Shown: positions 11,084 through 23,610, counted from the stretch's first letter. The stretch: 64,000 nt of DNA from Octopus sinensis (GCF_006345805.1 NC_043005.1:22816001-22880000), one strand, 5' to 3'. Notes: generated by a model not told the origin, from the letters alone. A program made the numbers and translations.

Positions 11084-11108
11084 TAGAGTAGAAAAGAATA
11101 ATACTTAC

Positions 11109-11242
11109 ATCTTTAAGATGATACCAAAGGAAAACTTCTTGAAATGCGTATGGTAGTGTAAGAACTACAAGAAGAAGAACGTTGTTGAAGATCTCCCAAG
11201 AATAAGTGAATCTTGACACTGAAGACCTTTCTTCTTTTTTAT
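11109..11242 (-). CDS. SLC18B1: SLC18B1-like exon (134 bp, phase 1 to 0): NKKEERSSVSRFTYSWEIFNNVLLLVVLTLPYAFQEVFLWYHLKD
   Basis: Acceptor ttttttcttcctatttAG and donor GTAAGT; phase matches the 14094-14184 exon; central loop plus transmembrane helix. Confidence 0.83.
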
Positions 11243-11569
11243 CTAAATAGGAAGAAAAAATATAACTTGAGGATTTGCAGAATGTTTAGTATCGGACGAA
11301 ATATTTTACTGTATTTCTTCCAGTTCTTTACTATCCAAGTTCAAATCTTGCCGGCACAAGCTTTTATTTTCATCACTTCAGTAGTTTGATACAATGCAAT
11401 ATCAATCAAGTACTGGAGTGTATTTGATCGACTAACCCTTGACCGAAAATCTTTGGCTTTGTGCCTATATAAGACACTTGGTAACATGGAATCAGTAACT
11501 AGTCTCCGATGAATCTTTGACAAAAGCTGAAATCAATCATATCGATCTCACGTCTACGATAATGAAATA

Positions 11570-11880
11570 CCACCACTTCCATAGTTTCAGGTGCATGGAA
11601 AGTGAATTATAAGCAGAAACAAGCGCAGTTTTCTGCCCTCTCCTTGTTGAAGTGTTGCGTAATCATTCATGGACTTCATTGGTTGATGTATGAAACATCC
11701 TGGAGCCTTTCATTAAAGCAGTGGAGGTGTCACACATGTGCAATAATGAGATATTGTCGTTTCCACTGCTTCAGGTACACAGAAGGTATTGTATAGGCAA
11801 GAGTAATTGTGATTCTCTGGTCTTCAGCATGGATGTGTCTCTTGTTGAAGTGCTCTATGGCTGAAATTACTGTCTTCATT
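11570..11880 (-). mobile_element. Degraded RTE-like LINE 3' fragment
   Basis: Weak translated similarity to the RTE region after the thumb domain; many stops. Confidence 0.4.
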
Positions 11881-12208
11881 GATTAATTTTTAAGAAATGA
11901 AAATATGCAATCAATATGCATTATACATTATACTGCTGTATTAAATCATATATTATATTATATTATATTATATTAGGCGCGGGAGTGGTTGTGTGGTAAG
12001 AAACCTGATTCTCAACCACATGGATCCGGGTTCAGTACTCCTGCGTAGCACCTTAGGCAAGTACCTTCTACTATAGCCTCGTGCCGACCGAAGCCTTGTG
12101 AGTTGATTTGGTAGAAGGAAACTGAAAGTATCTCGTTCTATATATATGTATGCATTTGTGCGTCTATGTTTGTCCACTCACCATCACTTGACAACAGATG
12201 TAGGTGTT

Positions 12209-12615
12209 AGTTCTATATTTAAGAGATGAGGAATTATGCACATTATTTACATTTGACGGATATTTGTCCTCATCTAGCTTGTTAACACAACGTTTCGGCT
12301 GATATACCCTCCAGCCTTCATCAGGTGTCTTAGGGAAATTTCGAACCTGGGTTTCCATTCCTATGGTGTAGTGGTTAAGAGAGCGGGCTACTAACCTCAA
12401 GATTCCGAGTTCGATTACAGGCAGTGACCTGAATAATAATAATAATAATAATGATAATAATAATAATAATATCGAAAAATACCTTAGGAATGAGAACCCA
12501 GGTTCAAAATTTCCCCGAGACATCTGATAAAGACTGGAGGGTATATCAACCGAACCGTTGTGTTAACAACAAACAAGATGAGGACTAATATCCGTCAAAT
12601 ATAAATAATGTAAAT
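12209..12615. mobile_element. Palindromic Penelope-type pLTR element with central tRNA-like head and (AAT)n
   Basis: Arms at about 12240-12366 and 12481-12615 are reverse complements; A box TGGTGTAGTGG at 12364 and B-box-like GTTCGATT at 12409. Confidence 0.88.
12284..12329 (-). ncRNA. Minimal type I hammerhead ribozyme (dimer type, palindromic AACGUU in place of stem III)
   Basis: GACAC CUGAUGA A GGCUG-loop-CAGCC GAAA CG UU GUGUU: intact core, stem I and stem II. Confidence 0.82.
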
Positions 12616-12792
12616 GGTTGGTGCGTTTACGTCCCCGTAACTTAGCGGTTCGGCAAAGAGACCGATAGAATAAGTCCTGGGGTCGATTTGCTCAACTAAA
12701 AGGTGGTGCTCCAGCATGGCCGCAGTCAAATGACTGAAACAAGTAAAAGAATAAAAGAAAAATGATATTGTATATTGGTTATATCATAATAT

Positions 12793-14035
12793 ACGTGGTC
12801 TATCCAAAAGAAAACTAAACTCTTAAAACTTCGTGCCAACCAACCGATGTAACATACTCCCAACCTCACTGCTGTGTTTTGGTTGGCTTTTCGCTAAATA
12901 TTGCCACATCATGCCATGTCAGTCATCGACCAACACATGCGAGAGTTGACGTATAGTTAGTGCAAGTGGACGTCTGTTGAAGATCAACACTTGAAGGGTT
13001 TGGAAGAACATGTTTATATGAAATTTTGTTTCAAATACAGAAAATTTTTAACTGAAATCTCTCTAACGTTAAAACAGGTTTACGGGCGGGCATTTTTGAG
13101 TCGTACACAATGTTAAGAGTGGTATTAGCGTTTCAACTCGAGACGAACACCTACTGAAAACGATTCTACGTTACACAACTTCCTACAGCACTTGATGGTG
13201 ATCATTTTGTGAATGTGCGTGTTATATGTCCATGAAAATCCTCACCAAATTGTCCGTAAAGTTTCTAAAGGAGACGTGCGCAAAAGTCCGTGCCGCATGA
13301 TTAAAAAATTAAAGATGCATCATGATGTCGCAAAGTTAGTGTTGCATCTGTTGTGGGATGAAGGAAAATAGAACTGGTGCTGCTTGGTAGTTAGAACGCT
13401 GATGAAAACTTTCTGAAAATGCCATAACAGGTGTGCGACTGCGATGCAGAAGCAAAAAGATGGTTGTCACAATAGATATGGATCAGCGCTGTCTAGAACA
13501 GAAGAGTACCTCAGAGATACTCAAACGCGAAGGGGATGTTGATCGTCAGTTTCGGTTGGAAGAATCTTATTCATTATGAGTTTGTTTCGTGTGTTCAAGC
13601 GACCAAAGTGTTTACTTGGATAACTTGAGACATTTCAGAAAGGCAGTGTAAAAGGAGAGGCTTGTAGCATAAAATCTTGATGCTGCACAAAATGGCACCA
13701 GCTCATACGTCATGTTTTATCCCTAACGTTTTGGACGACGCTTATTTCCCTACTATCCTATTTTACAGACTTGGTCACTTGGGATTTTTTGTCTTCAAAA
13801 TTTTTAATTTATTCTGAACGGTTGCCAATTTCAATCATTAAAAAACCATCGAAAACTGTTCACTACAAGAACTTCACACCACCTCTAAAAATGCATTGCA
13901 AAACTGGAAAAACGCTAGGGTCCTTGTATCCACAGTATATGGATCTATTTTGTAGGAGACAAGTTTCATAGAATTGCAAGTAAAATAGATTTATTTTTCA
14001 AAAAGTTTACGTTTTATTTTTCGAATCACTACATT
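12793..14035 (+). mobile_element. Highly degraded mariner element
   Basis: Translated remnants EEHVYMKFCFK..., ENFLKMPITG, LMLHKMAPAHT and DFLSSKF; TACGTGGTCTATCCAAAAG-type left end. Confidence 0.75.
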
Positions 14036-14093
14036 AAATTATATCAAATTATAATGTATCTTGTTAGATTATATTACATTATAAAACACTTAC

Positions 14094-14184
14094 TCGAGCT
14101 CCTTCTTAGAAGATATATATCGCATGGTAAACAAATGGCAAGCAGTGCACCATATATCAGATAAGGTAAATTGAATCCGCCAAG
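14094..14184 (-). CDS. SLC18B1: SLC18B1-like exon (91 bp, phase 0 to 1): LGGFNLPYLIYGALLAICLPCDIYLLRRSS
   Basis: Acceptor ctatttcAG and donor GTAAGT; matches the xGGFxLPFxxxG pattern of this MFS family. Confidence 0.9.
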
Positions 14185-15594
14185 CTGAAATAGATTTAAT
14201 ACAATTATGGTTTACTCTGTTGTGGCCGATTTAATATTGCTATTAGCGATGTATTGTTACCAAAAACTTGGTCCTTGGACTCCTCTTTAACACGTTATAT
14301 TCGAAAATATCAGATTTTTTTTTTTTTTTTTTGCATATGCAGAGAAACATAAATTCATGGGAACGAAACAGACTTTTGAAGTAGCGTAAGTAAATGCTTG
14401 GTTTTTGTAATATATTTTGTCGGCTCTGGAACGATGAGAAATGAATGTCGATTCATTCCAGTAATATAAACATAAATGGATGAATCTAAAATCCGTAAGA
14501 TATCAATTTCGGTGCTCTGTCATTTCTGCCACTCTACATGCTTAATAACATCCGTAAACTCACACCTAGATTTGATTTAGCAGTAACTAGGCATCCCCTA
14601 CTACAGCCAGTCTGAAGTAACCATCACATTCTACTTTATGTTATTTTCTTCAATCTTGTCCTTTCATAGCCTATCTTTTATTTTATTTATAATATACATA
14701 TTACGTATTATTGTATTTTATCATACCATCTCATATCCTATCCTATCCTATCTTATCTATCTTGCATTATCTGATCTTATTACAACTCTTCAATAAATAT
14801 TTTTGATTTACTATGGTCAGTTTAGTACTCAAAAAAATTGTCTTTTGTCTAAAGGGGAGACCAAAATTAGTTTTTCAAGGTACAGACGAGATGGTCGAAG
14901 GTATAGGCATCGGGTTATCTTCTCATGGATCATAAGTTCAAATTATAGGGTTTACGTGCACATTTCTAAACGACTTACAATGTTTATGGATGGACAGCCA
15001 TCCTTTTCCGTTGTGTAAACAATAAAAATAACTTGATCAAATATCGCTATCAACTCGGCTCACCTAGTCGTTCGAATGTGTTAGATACTACGAAATCAAT
15101 AGTAAATATTATCTTAGATAGATCGGCTTCCTTTTCAAAGAAAAGTTATGTCATCTTTTGTACCCATAGTCAAGGAACAGGCCTGAAAAACGTTAAACTA
15201 CTAAGCCCAGATTTAGGGGATATTTATACTTATAGGAAACAGAAGGTGAGAGATATTTGCATTACTGATGTAAACTCACGCCCATGGACTTAGTAGATGT
15301 CCGAATTATTGAATTAATTCCTCTCAGTCAGGTATATGAAGAGGCTTACCTAATCCTTGATAGTGGTGTCAGCAGCCATTCGGCAAACAATATCCCACAG
15401 CCATTGTAGCAGCAGACACAGTTCAGCTGTGATACAGCGGCTTGTATCAACTATGCAATGACAGTCAGCAGCGCAACAATTTATAAACCAACATCTTTTA
15501 CAGATTCACTACGTTTTCAAGTTCTGTTGCTTGAAACGAACTGTAAAGACTATCTATGATCCGGGAACTTAAATTTCATTATTTTTCTATCTTC

Positions 15595-15790
15595 AGGTGG
15601 CGGGCTGGCTGAATCGTTAGCAGACAGGGCAAAATGCTTAGCAGCATTTCCTTCGTCTTTATGTTCTGAGTTCAATTTTTGCCGAGTTCGACTTGCTTTC
15701 CATCCTTTTGGAGTGGATAAAATAAGTACCAGTTGAGAAATGCCATCGATGTAATCGACTTACCCACCACCTCAAAATTTCAGTAGAGAA
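15595..15790 (+). mobile_element. SINE family A
   Basis: Head, B box GAGTTCAA and core motifs. Confidence 0.85.
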
Positions 15791-16789
15791 GATTATTTTT
15801 TCGCCTTGAATCCATTGAAAGTACCTATTAACTGGATTGTAACACATGTATATACTCTTTATATACGTACACTAAAAACTTGCATAGCCATACATTTATT
15901 GTGTATACACACTTACATGAACGCACTTTCGTTTACATTTGATGATTCATTTGCATGTACACACACACAACTGTATATACACTCCATCATCGCTTCTTGT
16001 AAATAGTTATAGCCATTTCTATTTCTGAACATTTCACTTAATTTCAAGTAATATTTCTTGACTGTGAAATTGAAACACCATTTGTATCATAGACTTTATA
16101 TCTTGCCGATTAGATGTGTCATAATTTAATTTATTGGCAATTAAAGAATATATATTCCTATTCCATGTTTATTATTGTATGTAGCCAATCTTTATAAATC
16201 CAGTTTTGGGGTGGAGTCTACATTATCCACACAGTGTATAATCCTTCCCCGGCACAAAGGTCAATAATTACGATCTTTAATTCTAGTTTAGAGATAAAGA
16301 GATAAAAAGTAAAAAATCTTACTAGATACGACTAGATTATTTCAGGTAACTATTCTCACGTGAAGAATTAACCTCAACTGCAAGCCTCATTAAAATAATG
16401 ATGGTGTTTACAGCTGTGAACTATGTTTCTTGAAGGGCCTCTTAAATGAATTCAGATGACTCGGATGTTGAAATTGAAGTAACTTGATCACAAACTTAGT
16501 GCAATGCTTGTGACAGAACATAAGTGAGGCGACTTCTATATGGTCTGTCGGCATGCAAGAAATAGCTGCCTTCTCGCTCAAATTTTGCCCTGCTTTCATA
16601 AAAACAAAATATACGTTGGATAATACTGTCCTGTGTACGCTAAGTCTGAAAACGGTTCTGTCTGGAACTTCGTTAACCATACATTTGTTTAACTGCAGCT
16701 AAACGTCAGCTAGTTACCCGACACATCTCACATGGTTTCATTCTCTCGCAGCAAAAATTCAATGAAGATAATTATGTAATCATACTTAC

Positions 16790-16858
16790 ATCATAAAGTA
16801 TTCCTCCAAATAGGGGGCTAGTTGAGTAACCAAGCCCAGTTACAGCCATAAACAAACC
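16790..16858 (-). CDS. SLC18B1: SLC18B1-like exon (69 bp, phase 0 to 0): GLFMAVTGLGYSTSPLFGGILYD
   Basis: Acceptor gttatttcAG and donor GTAAGT; MFS motif GxGxxxxPxxGGxLY. Confidence 0.92.
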
Positions 16859-17770
16859 CTGAAATAACGTTTAAACACAATAGCTGTGGAACTTCAGAAG
16901 ATACTAATCTGTTTTTGTAAGAAAATTATGTTTTGAAATATTTTCTTAAAAGTAAATATCTTTACTTACATGTAACATTCTCAAAACTTACACAATCTCT
17001 CAATTGTCTCATTCCGTAAATAATGATATAATCTCAAATGCATTATTCCCTAAAATGTATCCGTACTATAAAATACGATATTCCTTAAAATTTCAGTTCT
17101 TTAAAATAGCGGTAAATTGACAAAACAATGAATAAGTTTTATATAGGGGAAAGATATTTAGTTTTACAATAATATGTATAGAACATAATGTATTTGACAA
17201 CCTGCACAAGGATCATAGGACCAAATCCATGGCTGGCGTTCCATTGTGATTCAGACTAGCATCTTTTATTCTATTAAGCATTGATCCACTTAGGTAACGG
17301 ATCATTGGCTTGTAAATTTTCAAGCTAGTGTTCCATTACTTCTATTCCAGACTGGACCCCATTTGCTTGGAGCTTGCATTGCCAATAAAATATTTCTGGC
17401 TGTTTCCTAACTTACTGTAACGTTCAAGTCACTATTATCGTCGTTTATTTATACACAAACCTATATCTACACATAATTTCTGGAATATGAAACACATACT
17501 ACATCCCAACTCAAACTTTATAAGCGAGTGTGTGTCTGCGCTCGTATATATCCGATGGTGTTTGAGTGGTTATAAAATTGTCTATGATTTACATATGTTA
17601 TGAAGAGATATTATAAAGTGCTAATTGGTCATTTTGACATAATCTTTATGATGGCCTAATCTATTTGATGTAATGAATAACATAATAGCCTGGCAAGTGA
17701 TAGATATGTAAATCAGCTCCCGAAATGCAACCAATTCGCTTTTTTCTGTATGGGGCCGTAATTTGAAATA

Positions 17771-19170
17771 TCTATATATTAATACGCTAAGGACAAAATG
17801 CGTTACGCTGTCACGTGATTAGTTGAAGAAAAAGGAGTAGAGCGAGAAAGAAAAAGGGGGAGAAAGAAGTGTTCATGATGCGAAGTAGGAGAAACGTAAC
17901 ATTTATTGCGGGGTTAAAATGCTTTCTGAAGGTAGTGATGTAGAGAAAGAGAGTTAGTAACACAAATTTTAGCAGAATGAGGTTCTAGTGGTGCAGTTAA
18001 AGAAAGACAAAGAGGGAGAGAGAAAGTGGAGAGTGTAAGGGAGAAAGAGTAGAGGTGTTTTGCCAGCCGATGCATTAAGCTGTCAGGTGGTCAGTGCAAA
18101 TGAGAGATGAAAATTAAGAGAAAGAGAATGAGAGAAATCATAAAGACGTGAAGAGGGAATAACATGGTTAGAATGTTTGTTAAAATTTGAGGTAGAGGGA
18201 GAAAAAAAAGAGAGCTGGAGAGAGAGAGAGAGAGAGAGAGATAAAATGTTAAAAGGAAAATTTTAAACATCATATATTATTGTGACTTATTACATCGTTG
18301 GGTGGACTGAAAAAGGAATAATAATAATAACCTTATCATAGAAAAATAGATTTTTTCAATGAAAGTGAAATAACTTAGCAAAATAAGCGTAGATGTTATT
18401 TTTCGTTTCTTTTCTTTTGTCGCTTTTTGTTCTTTAAAGAGGAGTAGATATAAACAAAGAACTGAAATAAAATGAAACTATCGTGGATGGCAAACAACTT
18501 AGATTGAGCTTTGTTATTGAAAGCTATAATGATGGTGGTGGAGGTGATGGTGATGATCATTGTGGTGATGATGATGATGGTGGTGAGTGGTTAGCGAAAT
18601 GTGCAGTCTTTTTTTATTTTTTTATATCGCCTCTCCTCATATATTTACTGTCTGCTTGCTTGAAAATATGTATTTGTTTATAAAATATGGATGACAACAG
18701 AAAGATTAAAACGGTATATAAAGAGAAACAGAGGTTCGAATCACTAAAACAAGCACGGGAGCATCAGTGTGTTGAAGGGAAAATATGAATCAAAGAGTAT
18801 TGAGTGAGTATTTACAAGAAATAAGGGAACGAGTTCAAGATAGAATATAAAATAAAAATGAACGAGAACGTCAAAAAAACCGAAAACGTATGGTCGAAAG
18901 ATACAACGTTGGTGACATGAATATTCTCTGTAATCACTGTGAAGCTATTAGACTGGAATGAGACGAAGATAAAGAAGTATGCGTTTAGTTATACTCACAA
19001 ATAAACAACTGAAATCATCTGGAAATTCAGTGGTATAAAATATCATAACTGCTGTATTGATTGTACCACAACTCAAAGATTCGAAAGCTCTCACAATGAA
19101 ACTTAGTATGAGGAACACCATATTATAAGAACCCTGCTTAGGGATGTATTCAAGAAATCTGATGAGAGAG
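17771..19170 (+). mobile_element. Helitron 5' remnant
   Basis: A|TCTATATATT 5' end, GA-rich leader, and RYNVGDMNILCNHCEA, similar to the Helitron N-terminal zinc-binding region. Confidence 0.6.
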
Positions 19171-19399
19171 AAATATACAAATATTAATAATGGTTTCTAC
19201 CAACAGTGCAAGGTTACCCATTTTCATAGTGAGAACAGTCGATAACAGGAAACTCAAATATATATTTTGTCAGTAAGAAAACAATAAAAGCAAATGAAAT
19301 AGTAATAAAAATAAAAATGATTATATTTTTGTCATGAGGAAAAGAAAAATTGTTTTGGATTTAAGCTCTTTCTGCTTTTTAGTTTACCCAGTGGCACCC

Positions 19400-20010
19400 T
19401 AGGGCCAGATTTTTCGGGGTATGGTGAGGCAATTGCTCCGGGTATCTAGATATTGGGGACCCCTGCTAGGAAAGGTATGTGGCACTCAATACAGGAAGCC
19501 CCTCACCACCACCTTCCAGCAATCAGGCTTGCTGAGTCACACTCGTTATACAAAGGTATCTTGATTTCTTAAATGTAATGAATTCTCTTTTATGATAAAT
19601 ACCCATAGATTTTTGGTCCTTTAGAGATACCAAATAATTCAATTAAAAAACAATTTATTGCCAGTCCCAAAGCATGATTCCCAGGGAAATTGTAGCTGCT
19701 TTGGGGACAGCTGAGAAAAGGGAAACAGAACAATCCTGAAAATGTATGTATGTTTGCGTCAGAAAAAAGAAATTTTTCCTCAAATTTGACCCAATTGTAA
19801 TTGAGGTAGCTAATAAAATATCTGAATACTTTCTGGCAAAAAGCTATGGTGAAGTAGCTATAAAAAACATTTATCGTTGAGATTTTAGATTTTGTCGCAT
19901 TTCCAATATCTAAAAATGGCTGTATGCTAAATATTACTCATTGTGCCCCACTTACTCTGGAAAGTGGAAAAGTTGACTTTCAGAAATAGCTGTTTGAACT
20001 TCCCCGTATT

Positions 20011-20050
<40 letters not shown>

Positions 20051-20446
20051 CCTTTGGAACAGCAACAACCACAAAAATGATTTTTTTCTTCATAATCTGT
20101 AATTTTATCTTATTTTACATTCTGAAATATATGTAACTCACATCAAAAGAAAAAAAAACTCTTACCTCACTCTTCTCGCCTTCATTGTACTTTTCACAAT
20201 GAAGGAAAAATCAAATACCGCAAGTGGATGCGTGAAAAACGAAATTTGAATTTTGAAAAAGTATATCTATAAAGGGACATTTTCAGTCATTTATTTAAAC
20301 TTTCTCTGGTAACTCATCAAATTTAATTATTGGAAATAGATGGGTTTTGAGATTTAAATTTAGTAATTTTCTGAGATTATAAGTCTTGGGTATAAGTGAC
20401 CCACTGAACTTGAAGTGCTCCCCACCCCAGTTTAAATCCGGTCCTG
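19400..20446. mobile_element. hAT-like non-autonomous element
   Basis: Ends TAGGGCCAGATTT and AAATCCGGTCCTG; only a partial (6/8) TSD. Confidence 0.55.
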
Positions 20447-20479
20447 GACTCCCTTTCTGCTTTGCAGCTTCAGGAACAT

Positions 20480-20830
20480 TGACATTATTTTTGATTGCGT
20501 ACATCTTTTAGTGTCAATAACTGTTTATATTTTCTCTAATTTTTCCTCGTCTCCTTTCATCACAATCATTTAATCACTCCTGGTGCATACAAGCATACAT
20601 GCATTCATAGTACTTGACCGTCCTACCCATACTTACTCACTCATGCTAAGACATGCACTGACTCTGTCGCTGTTTACTAAACCTTTAGCACCTGTCCGAA
20701 ATTTCTGCCCACCATCCTAAAAAACTAAATACATATCTTCCTTCCATCGTCCATTATTATCAAGACTCCTTGCCTTTTCTCTTCTTTTTGGCTTGATAAA
20801 GAGCCTGTGGCCAAAACGTTAGAAATTTCG
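20480..20830 (+). mobile_element. Penelope-like terminus with decayed hammerhead (TTGATAA AGAGCC TGT GGCC AAAA CG TT)
   Basis: Layout matches the CTGATGA-stem-GAAACG motif, but the core is mutated. Confidence 0.45.
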
Positions 20831-21528
20831 CTTTTCCTTGTAATAGATGCATTGCGTTATTTTTTTTTTTTTACTTATTTTGATTACTTGTCGATGTGAC
20901 CCCCCCCCCCCAACAGATTCTTCAGATTCTTGGTAGATCTGAGCTCAATGTAAAAGATAGATAGCCAAATACCACATAAGATGCTGTCTGATACACCACT
21001 GATCCTATCAATCCACTGTTCTTCGTAATAATGATACTAATAATAATTATAACATATAACATTGACACAAGGCCACATATTTACTTAATCAACTTGCTTA
21101 ACTGGTATCTATGTCATCAAGCTGTAAAAGATCAATGGCAGTCGTTGATCTTGGTTGGACTTGAACTTAGAACATAAAGAGATTAATTAGATACAGCTCA
21201 GCTAACTCTGAAATCTTAATAATTGTAATGATAGTATGTCTACAAAGAAACACAATCAGCAGCTTCTTAGACACAATGGCTTTTCAGAGTAGATTCATAA
21301 GTTAGCCAAGTATATGAACCTGAAAATGAGCCTTTAAAACAATATTATAGATATGACAGATGAAATCATGATGCAAATCATACACCAAACTTGACCCAAT
21401 AAAGCATTCATACAGGATTTGCCAGTATTTTATTTCATTCAGTATCAATCTCATAAGTAACTTTACAAAGTACGAAAAAATAACATACAATACGACAATA
21501 TGAAAAATTCTGAACAAATCTCACTTAC

Positions 21529-21602
21529 CCAAAAAAAATTGTGTTAATGGCAGAAAACCCGATTGCAACATATATGATACGTTTTAATTCAAAATGATAG
21601 AC
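21529..21602 (-). CDS. SLC18B1: SLC18B1-like exon (74 bp, phase 0 to 2): VYHFELKRIIYVAIGFSAINTIFF(G)
   Basis: Acceptor tttatctcttacAG and donor GTAAGT; only one frame is open; ends in TIFFG like SLC18B1 TILFG. Confidence 0.85.
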
Positions 21603-22129
21603 CTGTAAGAGATAAACAGACAACACTTAGTTTCAATTCCGAATGAGTCCTGTTGATTTGTTACATATTTTAAAAAAGATCCCATCACCTTCAGAGGAAA
21701 CTTGAACAAATTTCTCAATGAATACCAGATAATCTGCCTACGCTTGAATACTTGTCAGTCAACAGCAACTCTTAACTTGATTTTAAAAATGACTAACAAA
21801 TCCTATCAGGTGGTGCTACTAAGTTAGACATGGCTTGGGCCAATCTTTGGCCGAACCATATCTAAGTCATCTAAGTTATATGCATATATATGTATATTGA
21901 AGAAGAAGTGATGAAATATTCAAATAGCTGTGAAACAGCCGAAACTTTGATATCAAGTACGGTTTAGCACTCAGCCGATTGTGATATTTTGTTATGACAG
22001 GATATTCAGTGTAATGTAATATATTATCAAATTTGCTATGACACATTAAGATATGGTATTCAGTGACATTATCCAACAACATATGATAGTTAACAGGACA
22101 AGGCTTTTTTTACATGGTATCATACATCC

Positions 22130-23610
22130 AACGCATATCGACACTTTTATCAGAAACTAGAGCAATAGATACTAAGTTCGATTTCAAGATGGGAAAGAAA
22201 CAACTGCTTCTTTGGTCTTAATTCATATATTTAATGAGAATAAATATTTCCCCTCGGAATTGGTTACATAATCTTATCTATTTGACAAATTGCTCATCCC
22301 TTGGGCGTAAAATTCTTCAGGCTTCAATGCAAAGAAGCACTCAATATAATTTTTATCTTCTTCGCAATTAATAAACAATTATTCGCTTATTTATTCTTAA
22401 CATATCTAGGAAGATCCAGACGCAAAATATGTTGGTCACTGAAGTGGACATCATAGAATAACTCCTTTTTACGAGAATTGTGTGTTCAATACACTCGACG
22501 CTTGGCGCTTGGACACTGATGTTTCGACATGTTATGTCTCGTCAGCCAGAAGTAGAATTCTGAGCCTACAAGCTACTGGCGTCATTTAAACTTCCAGCGA
22601 ACAAATTGTTTTCTGATTGGTGTTGATTGCTAACCGATAAAAAAATCGTTATTTGCACCATATACAGCAAGATCTGGAACGATTATTTGCCTATTCTTAA
22701 CTAATATGGGAAGATCCAGACACAAAATATGCTGATCATATTTATTCTCTTATGACGTACAGCGACCGGCATATTCTGCCGCTGAATCTGCCAAGACGTA
22801 TTAAGAATAAATATGCGAATAATCGTTTCAGATCTCGCTGTACACGTTGCAAGTCTTGATTATTCAATTGATAAACAGTTTTCCCTCTACATAATATTCC
22901 AATGATCTGAAAAGATGATAGTCAGATGGAGCAATGTCAGGAGAGTGAGAAGTATGAGTCAAAACTTCCATATTTAGTGTCATAATTTTTCCTGATTGGT
23001 TTGGATAATATGAGGTCTTTCATTGTAGTATAATAACGATACCCCTTTACGACTGACAAAGATGGGCACTTTTCTGAAAATATTTGTGCAATGATTCCAA
23101 TTGACAAAACTTCTCAGTATTAACTCTTTAATTTAGATTTAACACTTCATAGTAGACAATGCTCTTCATATCCCTCGAAACACAGAGCACATTTCCAGGT
23201 GCAACTCTGGGATAAACTCTTCTTTTTCATTGGGTGCTAACCAATGTCGTTTTCGTTGGATATTATTATAGAGAACCCACATTTCATCACTTGGATCGAA
23301 AGTAATCTACGAGGAAACATTTTTCCGAACAAAACTGGTCGGACCACTGTTAGCATGTTCATGCATTTTAAAGTTTCATTTCCATAGACAGAACAAATAT
23401 TTCTGGCCTCTCCTATTGCTTAAGAAACCCCTCTTGAATTCATACGGCACACAGTGTCTGATATGGGTCTGATCTATTTTAAAAAAGTAAAATCGATATC
23501 ATTACGCATTTAATCTCTGATATAAAGTAACATTCAAAGAAAGAAAAAGACTATTAGAATATATAAATTAGGGTTTTATACTAAGCACTGAAAACAAAGT
23601 ACTCTCAGAG
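22130..23610 (-). mobile_element. Degraded mariner, interrupted by an insertion at about 22371-22850
   Basis: EVLTHTSHSPDIAPSDYHLFRSL (about 22870-22980), with the C-terminal FFALKPEEFYAQG resuming below 22370. Confidence 0.8.
22508..22549 (-). ncRNA. Type I hammerhead ribozyme with GUC cleavage triplet
   Basis: CUGG CUGACGA GACAU-AAC-AUGUC GAAA CA-UCAG-UG UC CAAG; perfect core, stem I has one mismatch. Confidence 0.75.

Larger units (their letters stand above)
11975..12760 (+). mobile_element. tRNA-headed SINE family B, interrupted at about 12209-12615
   Basis: Head GGCGCGGGAGTGGTTGTGTGGTAAG, core GCACCTTAGGCAAG, tail GTGCTCCAGCATGGCCGCAGTCAAATGACTGAAACAAGTAAAAG. Confidence 0.9.

Noticed and set aside
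16408-16680. 90-aa minus ORF containing VPDRTVF, resembling an SLC18B1 loop
   Set aside because: It is downstream of the 69-bp exon (wrong order), lacks fitting splice sites and has no further similarity.
20930-21020. GLIGSVVYQTASYVV as the missing exon
   Set aside because: Purine-rich acceptor, too short, wrong end phase and adjacent to a SINE tail; probably chance.
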